A stretch of 64,000 nt of DNA from Chloroflexota bacterium (GCA_019873625.1 JAIOAW010000007.1:13596-77595); one strand, 5' to 3'; positions 40,119 through 50,042 are shown, counted from the stretch's first letter. Made by a program: numbers and translations. Notes: a model not told the origin generated them from the sequence alone.

Positions 40119-41180
40119 TCAGGAGGTGCCGCGCATACGCGGGTCAAGGGCGTCGCGCAGGCCGTCTCCAAGGAAGTTGAAAGCGAACATTGTGATGGCC
40201 AGCATCAGGGCGGGCAGAAGGACCTGGTTCGGATACGAGCGAATGGCCCGTGCCCCCTCGGAGATCATCGCGCCCCAACTTGGCGTGGGTGGGTCCACCC
40301 CCAGGCCGATGAAACTCAGGAACACCTCCGTGCTGATGTAGCCGGGGATGCTGAGCGTGACGGTCACCAAGATCGGCCCGATGATGTTCGGCAGGATGTG
40401 GCGCGTGATGATGCGGATGTCGCTCGCGCCGATCATCCGCGAAGCCAGGATGAACTCCTTCTCTTTGAGGGAGAGGATCTGTCCTCGGGCCAAGCGGGCG
40501 ATGCCCATCCAGGCCGTGATGCCGATGCCCATAAAGATAAAGAGCATCCCGCCGCCTTCCAGGCCCAAGAAGCGGTCTACAACGTGGTTGATGCGGTTGA
40601 AGGTGTAGGCGGCCGTGCCCGGCACGTTCGCCCCGCCAAAACTCGTCTTGAAAAAGGCCATCAGAAGGATGATGAGGAGCATCGTGGGGAAGGCGTAGAC
40701 GATATCTACGATGCGCATCATAATATCATCCACCTTGCCCCCGTAATAGCCGGAGATGCTCCCATACACGAGGCCGATGATGAGTGCCGTCATCGCCCCC
40801 ACAAAGCCCACGGGCAGGGAGACGCGCGTCCCATAGATGACGCGGCTCAACAGGTCTCGCCCCAAATAGTCCGCGCCAAAGAGGTATTTGTTCCCAATTT
40901 GCGCGTAGGCGGCCATATTGCCCGGCAAAATGCGCGTCAGCCACAAGGGCACCATATAGTTATCGGCCGAATCGCCCGCCCGATAGTCATAAGGGGCGAT
41001 TTTGTCGGCAAAGATGGCCATAATGACCAAAGCGATGATGATGACGAGGCCCACGATAGCGGCCCTGTTGCGCGCCATACGGCGCAGGGCATCGGCCCAA
41101 AGGTTCGTAACCTTTTGTTCGCGCTCGGCTTCTTGCTCGCGCCCCAAAAGGCGGCGCGCGGCGGCTTCTTGTCTGGTCAT
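40119..41180 (-). CDS. oppC: Oligopeptide ABC permease
   Basis: GADYLGRD, HILPN, SFIGLG, GDGLRDALDP. Confidence 0.92.
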   Translation of the reverse strand: MTRQEAAARRLLGREQEAEREQKVTNLWADALRRMARNRAAIVGLVIIIALVIMAIFADKIAPYDYRAGDSADNYMVPLWLTRILPGNMAAYAQIGNKYLFGADYLGRDLLSRVIYGTRVSLPVGFVGAMTALIIGLVYGSISGYYGGKVDDIMMRIVDIVYAFPTMLLIILLMAFFKTSFGGANVPGTAAYTFNRINHVVDRFLGLEGGGMLFIFMGIGITAWMGIARLARGQILSLKEKEFILASRMIGASDIRIITRHILPNIIGPILVTVTLSIPGYISTEVFLSFIGLGVDPPTPSWGAMISEGARAIRSYPNQVLLPALMLAITMFAFNFLGDGLRDALDPRMRGTS

Positions 41181-41205
41181 ACGCTGTGCTCCTCTAGGCG
41201 GTCAA

Positions 41206-42153
41206 TCACTCGTAATGGATGCGCGGGTCGAGATAGGCATAGGTGATATCCACGATCAGGTTCGCGATCACCAAAAAGACGGCATACAGGAGCGTCGTGC
41301 CCATCACGACGGGATAGTCTCGGTTGGTGATGCTCGTGATGAAATACTTGCCCATCCCTGGGATGGCAAAGATCTGTTCCACCACAAAGGTGCCCGTGAG
41401 AAGGGCGGCGAACATCGGCCCGAGGATGGTCGCCACCGGGATAAAAGCGTTCTTGAGGGCGTGGCGGATGATCACGACGCGCTCCGCCAGGCCCTTGGCG
41501 CGCGCCGTGCGGATGTAATCCTCCCGGATGACCTGGAGCATACTCGCCCGGGTGAGCCGCGCGATGAGGGCCGACGAGTTGAGGCCAAGGGCAAAGGCCG
41601 GCATCACCATCTGCGCGGGGGTGCCCCAGCCGGCCACCGGGAACCAGCCCAACGTCAGGGCAAAGATGAGGATAAAGATCGGCCCCAAGACGATGTTCGG
41701 CACCGATACGCCAAAGATGGCGATGGCCATGCTGAAATAATCCCAAAACGAGTTCTGCTTGAGGGCGGCGATGATGCCCAAAGGCACGCCCATCCCCACG
41801 GCGATGCACAGCGCCCAAAAGCCCAATTGCGCTGAGACGGGCAGATGGGCACGAAAGATGTCGTTCACCGTGCGGCTGCGCGAGGAATACGACGGCCCGA
41901 ACTTGAACTGCAACACCCCGGCGTACTCGCCGCTGGGGTTGCGGGTGAGGCCGATCCAATCCGTGTATTGCTTCCACAGGGGCTGGTCAAGGCCGTAGTA
42001 GCGGTTCAGGTTGGCTTTGATTTCGGCCGGCAAGGGCTTTTCGCGGTCGAACGGCCCACCCGGCACGGCATGGGCCAAGGCAAACGTAACGAGCGAGATG
42101 AAAATGAGCACGGGGATCATACTCAAAATGCGGCGGATGATATACCTCGTCAT
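41206..42153 (-). CDS. oppB: Oligopeptide ABC permease
   Basis: VPGGPF, TARAKGL, HALKNA, YLDPRI. Confidence 0.92.
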   Translation of the reverse strand: MTRYIIRRILSMIPVLIFISLVTFALAHAVPGGPFDREKPLPAEIKANLNRYYGLDQPLWKQYTDWIGLTRNPSGEYAGVLQFKFGPSYSSRSRTVNDIFRAHLPVSAQLGFWALCIAVGMGVPLGIIAALKQNSFWDYFSMAIAIFGVSVPNIVLGPIFILIFALTLGWFPVAGWGTPAQMVMPAFALGLNSSALIARLTRASMLQVIREDYIRTARAKGLAERVVIIRHALKNAFIPVATILGPMFAALLTGTFVVEQIFAIPGMGKYFITSITNRDYPVVMGTTLLYAVFLVIANLIVDITYAYLDPRIHYE

Positions 42154-42353
42154 CGGCGTATATCTCACCTTCCTCTAGGCATAATAGGAACGTAAAGGCT
42201 ATTGGGCGTTTGGCGCATTATAGCACAACTTTTACTCTCTACATAAAGCGGCTATGGAGCCTATGAAGGCCCGCTCTTCGCCTCCCGTATAAGGGCGGAG
42301 GTCGGCAAGGATTTCCTTTTGCCATACCCCCGACCTTGCCTAAAAGGCCCCGA

Positions 42354-42391
42354 AAAAGCAGGCCACGTAGCCGCCAGGCTACGTGGCCTGT
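42354..42391 (-). terminator. Stem-loop after oppA
   Basis: CAGGCCACGTAGC/GCTACGTGGCCTG then CTTTT on the minus strand. Confidence 0.75.
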
Positions 42392-42412
42392 AAGAGGGCC
42401 GCTCTTTAGGGC

Positions 42413-44056
42413 CTATTTCGTGATCTTCCACTTATCCCAGTGCTCGCCGCCCAACGGCGCATAGGTGCGCTGGACGTACGGCTTGGTCACCACGACGCGG
42501 GTGTAGTAGTAGATCGGGGCGATGATGGCCTGCTCTTCGACCAGGATCTTTTCGGCCTCAAAGTAGAGCCGAGCGCGCTCTTTCGGGTCGGAGGCCGCAG
42601 CGGCATCCTCGACGGCCTTCATAAAGCGCTGCGCAGCCGGGTCGTCGGGGCTCCACTTGGGGTTGTTCGAGCCTTTGGTGGGATGGAAGTTCTCCAGCAC
42701 CCAGTTGTTCTCGTCAGGATAGTCCGCGCACCAACCGAGGCGGTAGATTTGCGGAGCATCCGTGTTGACCGTCTGGAGGTAAACCTTCCACTCCTGGTTG
42801 GCCAGTTTGACGTCAATCCCCAGGGTTTCCTTCCAGCCCCGCTGGATGAACTCGGCGATGCGCTGATGGCCCTCGCTCGTGTTGAACATCAGCGTGATCT
42901 CGGGCGTGCCCGTGTAGCCGGATTCGGCGAGCAACTGCTTGGCCTTCGCCGGATCATACGAGACGCCGACAAAGTTCGGGTCATCGGCCGGGCTGCCAAA
43001 GATGCCGGGGCAGGCGAACGTCTTAGCCGGGCGCTGGCCACCCTTGAGCACCGTGTCAACCAACTTCTGGCGGTCAATGGCGTAAGAAAGCGCCAGGCGC
43101 AGTTTGACGTTATCCATCGGCGGCTTGGAGACGTTGAACCCGTAGTAATAGGTGCAGAGGTACGGCGCGATGTAGAGTTCCTTAGAAAGGACGGGATCGG
43201 ACTTGACGCGCTCCATCTCCGTGGAGGGAACGCCCACCACATCCAACTCGCCGTTCTCGTACATCGCAAAGGCCGTGGATTCCTCCACCACCATCACGGC
43301 CTCGACGCGGTCAATATCCACGTTCTTGGCATTCACGTAGTAGGGGTTCTTGACGAAGACCATCTTGCTCTCATGCTCCCAGGTCTCGAGCATATAGGGG
43401 CCGTTCGTCCAGATGTTCCCCGGTTCGGTCCACTTGTCGCCAAACTGTTCGATGGGCTGGCGCGGCTGGGGGCGGTTCACCCACATCCCCGCGATGCCCG
43501 GGAAGTAACCGGCGGGCTGCTCGAGGGTGAACTCGACGGTGTAGTCATCCACCGCGCGAACGCCGAGGCTGTTCAAATCCGTGTTCTTGCCGGTGTTGAT
43601 GGCTTCCGCGTTCTTGATGATATAGTCTACATAGGCATAGTCGGAGGCCGTCGCGGGGTCCACCGTGCGGCGCACACCGTAGACGATATCATGCGCGGTC
43701 ACCTTCCCCTTCTTTTCCACCTTTTTCTTCACGGGGTCATAGTGCACCCACTCGACGTCCTTGCGCATCTTGAAGGTCCACACCAGGCCATCTGGCGAGA
43801 CGCTCCACTCGGTGGCGAGTTCCGGGATGACCTCGACCGTCTTGTCGTCGAAATCGGTGAGGCCCAGGAAGAGCACCTCGTCGCACTGGACGGAGGTCGT
43901 ATCCGTGGCCAGGGCGGGGTCCAGCGTGGGGGGTTCGGTGCCCAAGTTCACACGGAGCACCTTGCCGCCCCCCTTGGCACCGGCGCACCCGCTCAAAATG
44001 GTGGCAACCGCAATGACGATCGCCACAACCCAGTACATACGTTTCTTACTCAGCAT
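42413..44056 (-). CDS. oppA: Oligopeptide ABC substrate-binding lipoprotein
   Basis: Lipobox LSGC, TLDPAL, TNGPY, GWCADYPD; GAGGAGG RBS. Confidence 0.92.
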   Translation of the reverse strand: MLSKKRMYWVVAIVIAVATILSGCAGAKGGGKVLRVNLGTEPPTLDPALATDTTSVQCDEVLFLGLTDFDDKTVEVIPELATEWSVSPDGLVWTFKMRKDVEWVHYDPVKKKVEKKGKVTAHDIVYGVRRTVDPATASDYAYVDYIIKNAEAINTGKNTDLNSLGVRAVDDYTVEFTLEQPAGYFPGIAGMWVNRPQPRQPIEQFGDKWTEPGNIWTNGPYMLETWEHESKMVFVKNPYYVNAKNVDIDRVEAVMVVEESTAFAMYENGELDVVGVPSTEMERVKSDPVLSKELYIAPYLCTYYYGFNVSKPPMDNVKLRLALSYAIDRQKLVDTVLKGGQRPAKTFACPGIFGSPADDPNFVGVSYDPAKAKQLLAESGYTGTPEITLMFNTSEGHQRIAEFIQRGWKETLGIDVKLANQEWKVYLQTVNTDAPQIYRLGWCADYPDENNWVLENFHPTKGSNNPKWSPDDPAAQRFMKAVEDAAAASDPKERARLYFEAEKILVEEQAIIAPIYYYTRVVVTKPYVQRTYAPLGGEHWDKWKITK

Positions 44057-44228
44057 CTTTCCTCCTCAAAAAATGTTAGAGCGTAAAACCGGCTTGCCGA
44101 ACATCGTTTCCGTCGTTGCGTTGCCACCTCCTTGTGTTGAGAATCCTGAGCCTATACCCTTGCCCGTATAAGCCCAGATTATACCCATCCCAAAATGCTT
44201 CGCAAGTCCACCCGACAGGAATTCCCCC

Positions 44229-44915
44229 CTAATCTGGGATGATCAACTGCTGGCCGGCGTAGATGAGGTTGCGGTTCGTCAAGCCATTGGCTTGCATCAA
44301 ATCCTCAACCGTGAGGCCATAGAGCGCGGCGATGGACGAAAGGTTTTCGCCGTAGCGCACCGTATGCGTGCGCGCGCGACCGCCTGGCCCCACGGGCACA
44401 AGGAGGGCCGTGCCGCGCACGAGATGATTCGGGTCGCGTATGGAAGGGTTCCATGCGAGGATCTCCTCGACCGTCGTATGGTAGAGGCGCGCAATTTGAT
44501 ATAACGTCTCACCCGGGCCTACGATGTGAGAGACGGTTTTGATGTTCGACGTGCCGGGCCTAGCGGCCGGTGTGGCGGGGGCGGGTGTAGGCGTCGGCAC
44601 CAGGAGGGGCGCCGCCGTGGCCGTGGGTTGCATCGTCGGAGAGGGCGCTGCGGCGGCGAGAACGGCTGGCGTAGGCGGGATGGGCGCAGGCGTAAACGCC
44701 TTTTGAGGTGCGGAGGTTGGGGTGGGCGATGAAACGGCTTGGGCCTTGGGGGACACCGAGGAGGGGCTTGGCGAGGGGGAGGGCATACTCACCGTAGGGA
44801 CGCCCGCAAAGGGAGGGCGTTCCCGCCGGGGCTTGGAGCGCGTGCACGCGGCTAAGCCGATGAGCGCCAAGGTGCACAAGGCGATGCGTAGGGCCCTTTG
44901 ACTCGCGCTGGCCAT
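44229..44915 (-). CDS. Lipoprotein with Pro-rich linker and two LysM domains
   Basis: LAAC lipobox; HIVGPGETLYQIA and HTVRYGENLSSIA LysM repeats. Confidence 0.88.
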   Translation of the reverse strand: MASASQRALRIALCTLALIGLAACTRSKPRRERPPFAGVPTVSMPSPSPSPSSVSPKAQAVSSPTPTSAPQKAFTPAPIPPTPAVLAAAAPSPTMQPTATAAPLLVPTPTPAPATPAARPGTSNIKTVSHIVGPGETLYQIARLYHTTVEEILAWNPSIRDPNHLVRGTALLVPVGPGGRARTHTVRYGENLSSIAALYGLTVEDLMQANGLTNRNLIYAGQQLIIPD

Positions 44916-44973
44916 GCCACCCTTTCTCAGCCATGAATTCGCCGCACTGCGTACATCGCACACGATTGTATAC

Positions 44974-45002
44974 ATCATAACACACAAACAAGAAAAGGTC
45001 AA
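44974..45002 (-). promoter_or_regulatory. sigma70 promoter of the LysM gene
   Basis: TTGACC-17-TATGAT. Confidence 0.65.
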
Positions 45003-45175
45003 AGTCTTTTGAAGGAATACGCGCTTGAACGATTTTAGAACGCCACAAGGAGCGTTTCCTCATCCCCTTTGCCGAGGGTGTTCGGTGGGGAGGTCGGCGA
45101 TCCTGATTTCACTCTCGCCCGCCCCCATTTCCCCGAGCGATTCAATCCCCCAATGCGCAGGCGCCGAATGATGCT

Positions 45176-45901
45176 CTAGAAGGGGCTTGCTCTATCCGTA
45201 TCGAGCGCGGCGCGCGCCAAAGTCAACCCCCACACGGCGGCTGCCCCTGCCGCTTTGAGCGGCGCAGCGCAGGCCTCTAACGTGGCCCCCGTCGTTAGGA
45301 CGTCATCCACCAAGAGGATGCGCGCGCCTTCCGGGATGGCGTGCAGGGGGGCGAAGGCACCCTCCATATTCAGCCGGCGTTCCTCACGAGACTTGCCTAC
45401 CTGCGGGGGCGTGTCTCGGCAGCGCACGAGGAGGTCGGCACAGTACGGCAACCCAAGGCGCTCAGCCAGGGCGCGCGCCAGCAGGGCTGACTGGTTGTAG
45501 CCGCGGCGCCTTTCGCGCCGTTTATGAAGCGGCACAGGAGCGACGAGATTTACATTCAGCGGGTGAGCGCGAGAGTATTCTGCGAGGAGGTTTGACAAAG
45601 GTTCGACCAGCACCCATAGCCCCTCGTACTTGAGCGCCCAGATGGCCTTTTGCAGCGGCCCAGCATATAGGCCAAAGGAGCGGATGCCTTCGAGCGAGGA
45701 GGCGCTCTGCGCGCAGTGGCGGCAGAGGCGCTCCGAGCGTTGGGGTTCGCCGCAGTGCGGGCAAATGGGCGGCACAATACGGGGCAAAGCCTCGAGGCAA
45801 GCCGCGCACAACCAGGCCCCTCGCGCGCCGCACGCGGCGCAATGCGGCGGGAAGAGCCAATCCCAAAAGATCTGCCATGTGATGCGAAAGGGCTTGCTCA
45901 T
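45176..45901 (-). CDS. comF: ComF-family protein (Zn finger plus PRTase fold)
   Basis: Four CxxC pairs, PVPLH..R..RRGYNQS, LLVDDVLTTGAT. Confidence 0.9.
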   Translation of the reverse strand: MSKPFRITWQIFWDWLFPPHCAACGARGAWLCAACLEALPRIVPPICPHCGEPQRSERLCRHCAQSASSLEGIRSFGLYAGPLQKAIWALKYEGLWVLVEPLSNLLAEYSRAHPLNVNLVAPVPLHKRRERRRGYNQSALLARALAERLGLPYCADLLVRCRDTPPQVGKSREERRLNMEGAFAPLHAIPEGARILLVDDVLTTGATLEACAAPLKAAGAAAVWGLTLARAALDTDRASPF

Positions 45902-45967
45902 ATGCAGGCTATTCTAACCGAGAAGGCCGGACTGGGCTAGCATTCCTTCTTGCCGGGCGGAGGGGCG

Positions 45968-45996
45968 TTGACAGGGCCTTCTCACTGCGCTACATT
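45968..45996 (+). promoter_or_regulatory. sigma70 promoter
   Basis: TTGACA-17-TACATT. Confidence 0.7.
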
Positions 45997-46016
45997 GAGA
46001 CCTAAAGAGGGAGCGT

Positions 46017-47603
46017 ATGACCGTCGTTCACGATGTGCGGATGATGGGGCGCTACTTGAGGAGTTTGCGCGAGTTCTGGCAGGCGCCGCCGAATTGGCAC
46101 GATGCGGAGGGCACCATCCAAATATGGTTAGCCGAACGGCAAGGTGCCTTCGAGCGGATGCTGCGCTTGCATATCTTTGGGAATCCCTCCAGCCCATATT
46201 GGCGCCTGATGGAGATGGCTGGGCTGACGGAAGAGCGCGTCTGCAAGATGATCCGCGATGGCGGCATCGAGGGGTGTCTGCGGCAGCTGTACGAGGCGGG
46301 GGTTTATGTGACGCTGGACGAGTTCAAAGGGCGGCGCCCCATCCAGCGAGCGCGATTGGAGATGCCCGTAACGCCCGAGGCGTTCAATGTGGCGACCGCA
46401 GGCACACAACTGACGTCTCACACGGGCGGCTCGCGGTCGCGCGGCACGGCCACGCCCCTCGATGTGCTCGACTTGATGTACGAACTGCCTCCGCGCTACC
46501 TGTTCTTGCGCGCCTATGGCTTGGAAGATAAGCCCTTTGCCCTTTGGAGGCCGGCACCGCCTGGAGCAGCGGGGTTGCGCGGGGCATTGCGCAACATCAA
46601 GATTGGCCAGCAGGCGGTGCGCTGGTTCACTCCAACGCGCCCGGGGTTTTCTTCCGCCTCGGGCAAAAGCGCCTTCGTCACGGCGGCGACGGTGCTCGGC
46701 TCCGCCGTGATGGGTCAACACATCCCCTGGCCCGAATATGTGCCGATGGATCGCGCCGAGGTGATTGCAAAATGGTTGGCGGAAGAAAAGGCGCGGGGGC
46801 GCTTACTCCACCTCGATACGATGACGAGCGGCGCAGTGTTCATAGCCCAAGCGGCGAAACGCTTGGGGTTGGATATCCGCGGCCATACGGTGCGCGTAGG
46901 CGGCGAACCCCTTACGGAGGCCAAAGCGGCGCTCTTTGATGAAGTAGGGCTTCGCTATGCTTCACAGTACGCCATTGCCGAGACGGGGGCCATCGGTTAC
47001 TCTTGCGGTTATGCGGCCGTGCCCGATGATGTGCACATCCATACTTATCGCGTAGCGATCATCCAAGAACCGAAAACCCTGCCCGGCTGGCCGGAACCGA
47101 TCGGCGCGCTCTTCTTGACTTTCTTTTCGCCACGGATGACCAAAGTGATGCTGAATGTAGAACTGGGCGATTATGCCACGATGGAGGTTCGCGAGTGCGG
47201 CTGCCCTTTGGGCGCGGCTGGGCTGAACGTCCATCTCCACACCATCCGCAGTTATGAGAAGTTGACCTCCGTGGGGATGCACTTTATGGGGGCGGATCTC
47301 CTTGACCTTTTGGAATCTGCTCTGCCACAGCGCTTCGGGGGCGGGCCGGGAGATTATCAATTCGTCGAGACAGAAGAGGGCGGGCGAACGATCCTCAAAT
47401 TGGTGGCCTCGCCAGGGGTTGGGCCACTTGAGGAAAAGGAAGTCATCGCTTTCGTGTTGCGCGAACTCGAACGGCGGACGAAATCGGGGCGGATGATGAC
47501 GGATATCTGGCGAGATAGCCGCCTACTCCGCCTAGAGCGCGCTCAACCGCGTACGACGCGGGCGGCCAAGGTTCAGCCGCTCCACGTCGAGCGTAGATCA
47601 TAG
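46017..47603 (+). CDS. Divergent adenylate-forming enzyme (PaaK/CapK/GH3-like, ANL superfamily)
   Basis: SHTGGSRSRG P-loop-like, GGEPLT, QYAIAETG, VELGD, CGCPL. Confidence 0.65.
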   Translation: MTVVHDVRMMGRYLRSLREFWQAPPNWHDAEGTIQIWLAERQGAFERMLRLHIFGNPSSPYWRLMEMAGLTEERVCKMIRDGGIEGCLRQLYEAGVYVTLDEFKGRRPIQRARLEMPVTPEAFNVATAGTQLTSHTGGSRSRGTATPLDVLDLMYELPPRYLFLRAYGLEDKPFALWRPAPPGAAGLRGALRNIKIGQQAVRWFTPTRPGFSSASGKSAFVTAATVLGSAVMGQHIPWPEYVPMDRAEVIAKWLAEEKARGRLLHLDTMTSGAVFIAQAAKRLGLDIRGHTVRVGGEPLTEAKAALFDEVGLRYASQYAIAETGAIGYSCGYAAVPDDVHIHTYRVAIIQEPKTLPGWPEPIGALFLTFFSPRMTKVMLNVELGDYATMEVRECGCPLGAAGLNVHLHTIRSYEKLTSVGMHFMGADLLDLLESALPQRFGGGPGDYQFVETEEGGRTILKLVASPGVGPLEEKEVIAFVLRELERRTKSGRMMTDIWRDSRLLRLERAQPRTTRAAKVQPLHVERRS

Positions 47604-47622
47604 GTGAGGCAAAGGAGGAACG

Positions 47623-48078
47623 ATGGCGAAGGTATTGGTGTTGTATCATTCGCAAGAGCACGGCAACACGGGGTTGATGGCCCAGGCCGTGGCCGAGGGC
47701 CTGCGCGAGGCGGGGTGCGAGGTTGCATTGTGGAACACGAACGACGGCCGCTTCGATGCAGCCTCCTTCGCCCAGTACGATGGCGCGGCCTTTGGCTCGC
47801 CGGACTATTATTCCTACATCGCCGGCGGCCTCAAGATGTTCCTGGACGATCATTTCATCCTTTCCGTGCGTCAGGGGATGCCCGGCCTCACGGGCAAGCC
47901 CTATGCCCTCTTTTGTTCGCACGGGCGGGGCGGCCGCGTGAAAGAGGTGATGCCGAACCTGTTCCGAAGGATCGGCACACAGGTGGGCGACCTGGTGGCC
48001 TCGCAGGGGCGGCCCAGCGAACAAACCCTCGAGCAGTGCCGTGCCTTGGGGCGCGCCTTGGCCGCGGCGGCGCGCTAA
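47623..48078 (+). CDS. Flavodoxin-like (WrbA/FprA-type) protein
   Basis: YHSQEHGNT, FGSPDY; AAGGAGG RBS. Confidence 0.85.
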   Translation: MAKVLVLYHSQEHGNTGLMAQAVAEGLREAGCEVALWNTNDGRFDAASFAQYDGAAFGSPDYYSYIAGGLKMFLDDHFILSVRQGMPGLTGKPYALFCSHGRGGRVKEVMPNLFRRIGTQVGDLVASQGRPSEQTLEQCRALGRALAAAAR

Positions 48079-48107
48079 AGAGGGGCATTCCTGGCTGAGG
48101 GGTGGGT

Positions 48108-48722
48108 ATGATCGGGTTGCGCGTGGGGGTGGGGTTGGTGCTGGCGTATCTCTTGGGCGCCTTGCCCGTGGGGTACCTCATCACATTGGCCGTCAAAAAA
48201 GTGGATATTCGCGCCGTAGGGAGCGGGCACACGGGGGGCACCAACGTGCTCCGCGTGGCGGGCGCCCTTCCCGCGGCGCTGACCATCTTGGGCGATGCGG
48301 CCAAGGGGTACGCCGCTGTGGCCGTAAGCAAAGCCTTGGGCGGCACCTGGCCTTGGGCCGCGCCGCTGGGGGGCGTTGCCGCCGTCGTTGGGCACAACTA
48401 TTCGATTTTTCTCGCTTTTAAAGGCGGCGTGGGCACTATGGCCACCCTGGGGGCAGCGCTCGGTTTGATGCCCTGGGGAGGCTTGGGGGCGGCGGCTGCG
48501 GCCCTTGGGGTCATCGCGGGCACGCGCTATGCCTCGCTGGGGTCGCTTACTTTCGCCGCGCTCTTGCCCGTGGCGTGCATCGCGGGGGCGACCTGGGGCG
48601 CCTGGCCGTGGGAGACGCTCGCCTTCACCCTGGCGACGGGCGCCCTTTCGGCCTGGGGGTTGCGCGCTAACATCCGCCGCCTCCGCCAAGGCACGGAACG
48701 CAAAGTCGGCCAACGCGCCTAA
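48108..48722 (+). CDS. plsY: PlsY-family glycerol-3-phosphate acyltransferase (non-canonical motifs)
   Basis: YLLGALP, DIR..GSGHTGGTN..R, DAAKG, VGHNYS, TRYASLGS. Confidence 0.8.
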   Translation: MIGLRVGVGLVLAYLLGALPVGYLITLAVKKVDIRAVGSGHTGGTNVLRVAGALPAALTILGDAAKGYAAVAVSKALGGTWPWAAPLGGVAAVVGHNYSIFLAFKGGVGTMATLGAALGLMPWGGLGAAAAALGVIAGTRYASLGSLTFAALLPVACIAGATWGAWPWETLAFTLATGALSAWGLRANIRRLRQGTERKVGQRA

Positions 48723-48766
48723 GGGTTGCGTTGAAGGGGCCCCCTCTCCTTGGAACGCAGCGCCTT

Positions 48767-48796
48767 AGGGGGCAGGCAGCCGCCTGCCCCCTTTTT
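48767..48796 (+). terminator. Rho-independent terminator
   Basis: GGGGGCAGGC/GCCTGCCCCC then TTTTT. Confidence 0.8.
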
Positions 48797-48830
48797 GTGC
48801 TATTCTTTACGCACGGGCGCCCCAAAAGGC

Positions 48831-48859
48831 TTGACAGCCCTCTTTGCGTATGCTAGGAT
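48831..48859 (+). promoter_or_regulatory. sigma70 promoter of ftsZ
   Basis: TTGACA-17-TAGGAT with extended TG. Confidence 0.65.
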
Positions 48860-48897
48860 GGGCCTATCATAACGCCTCTGCGATGGAGAGGGGGAAT

Positions 48898-50001
48898 ATG
48901 GATACCAATTGGGAAAACCTAGGGGACCTGGTCAAGATCAAGGTGGTCGGCGTGGGGGGCGGCGGCTGTAACGCCATCAACCGTATGATGGATGCAGGCG
49001 TTGCCGATGTGGAATTCATCGCCATCAACACCGATGCGGCCGCCCTGGCCCTCTCCAGCGCGCCGATTCGCCTATGCATCGGGAGTAACTTGACGAGGGG
49101 GTTGGGCACGGGGGGCCACCCTGAGATCGGCGCCAAAGCAGCCGAGGAATCCGAAAAAGAGGTGCGCGCCCTCCTCGATGGGGCCGATATGGTCTTTATC
49201 GCCACGGGCCTGGGGGGCGGTACGGGCACCGGCGCCTCGCCCGTCATCGCTGAGATCGCCCAAAGCGAAGGCGCGCTGACCGTGGCTGTGGTGACGCGCC
49301 CCTTTAGTTTCGAGGGGGCCAAGCGCGCCCAGGCGGCGAGTGAGGGCCTCAAAAAACTCAGCGAGCACGTGGATACGCTGATCACCATCCAGAATGACCG
49401 CCTCTTGCAGTTGGTGGATCGGCACGTACCCCTCCAGCAGGCCTTCTCCCTGGCCGATGACATCCTCCGGCAGGGGGTGCAAGCCATCTCCGAACTCATC
49501 AATGCGCCGGGCCTCATCCATGTAGATTTCGCCGATGTGCGGACAATTATGACGAACGGCGGCGCGGCGTTGATGGCCATCGGCCGTGCCTCCGGCGAGG
49601 AGCGCGCCTTGGCCGCCGCCCAGCAGGCCATCACTAGCCCCTTGTTGGATGTGGATATCAGCGGCGCCTTGGGGGTGCTCTTTGTGGTGAAGGGCGGCGA
49701 GGACCTGACGCTCTATGAGGTATCTCAGGCGGCAGATCTCATCTGCAAGACGGCCGCGCCCGATGCGAACATCATCTTTGGCGCGGTGATTGACCCGCAG
49801 ATGCGCGATCAACTGCAGATTACTGTGGTGGCCACAGGGTTTAGCCTCGATCAGCGCGGCCGCACGCAGGCGCGCGAGGTGCCCACATCCCGCGCTCAAC
49901 AGCCGGCGCCTCAAGCCGCCCCCAAGCCCTCCGCGGCCGCCTCCTCGAAACCGTTCGATGTAACCGACCTCGACATCCCGCCCTTCTTGCGGCGCCGATA
50001 A
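48898..50001 (+). CDS. ftsZ: Cell division GTPase FtsZ
   Basis: VGVGGGGCNA, GLGGGTGTG, VDFADV, C-terminal DLDIPPFLRRR. Confidence 0.96.
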   Translation: MDTNWENLGDLVKIKVVGVGGGGCNAINRMMDAGVADVEFIAINTDAAALALSSAPIRLCIGSNLTRGLGTGGHPEIGAKAAEESEKEVRALLDGADMVFIATGLGGGTGTGASPVIAEIAQSEGALTVAVVTRPFSFEGAKRAQAASEGLKKLSEHVDTLITIQNDRLLQLVDRHVPLQQAFSLADDILRQGVQAISELINAPGLIHVDFADVRTIMTNGGAALMAIGRASGEERALAAAQQAITSPLLDVDISGALGVLFVVKGGEDLTLYEVSQAADLICKTAAPDANIIFGAVIDPQMRDQLQITVVATGFSLDQRGRTQAREVPTSRAQQPAPQAAPKPSAAASSKPFDVTDLDIPPFLRRR

Positions 50002-50042
50002 GATACACGGCGCACCGGGCCGCCCGGTGCGCCGTGAGTTAC

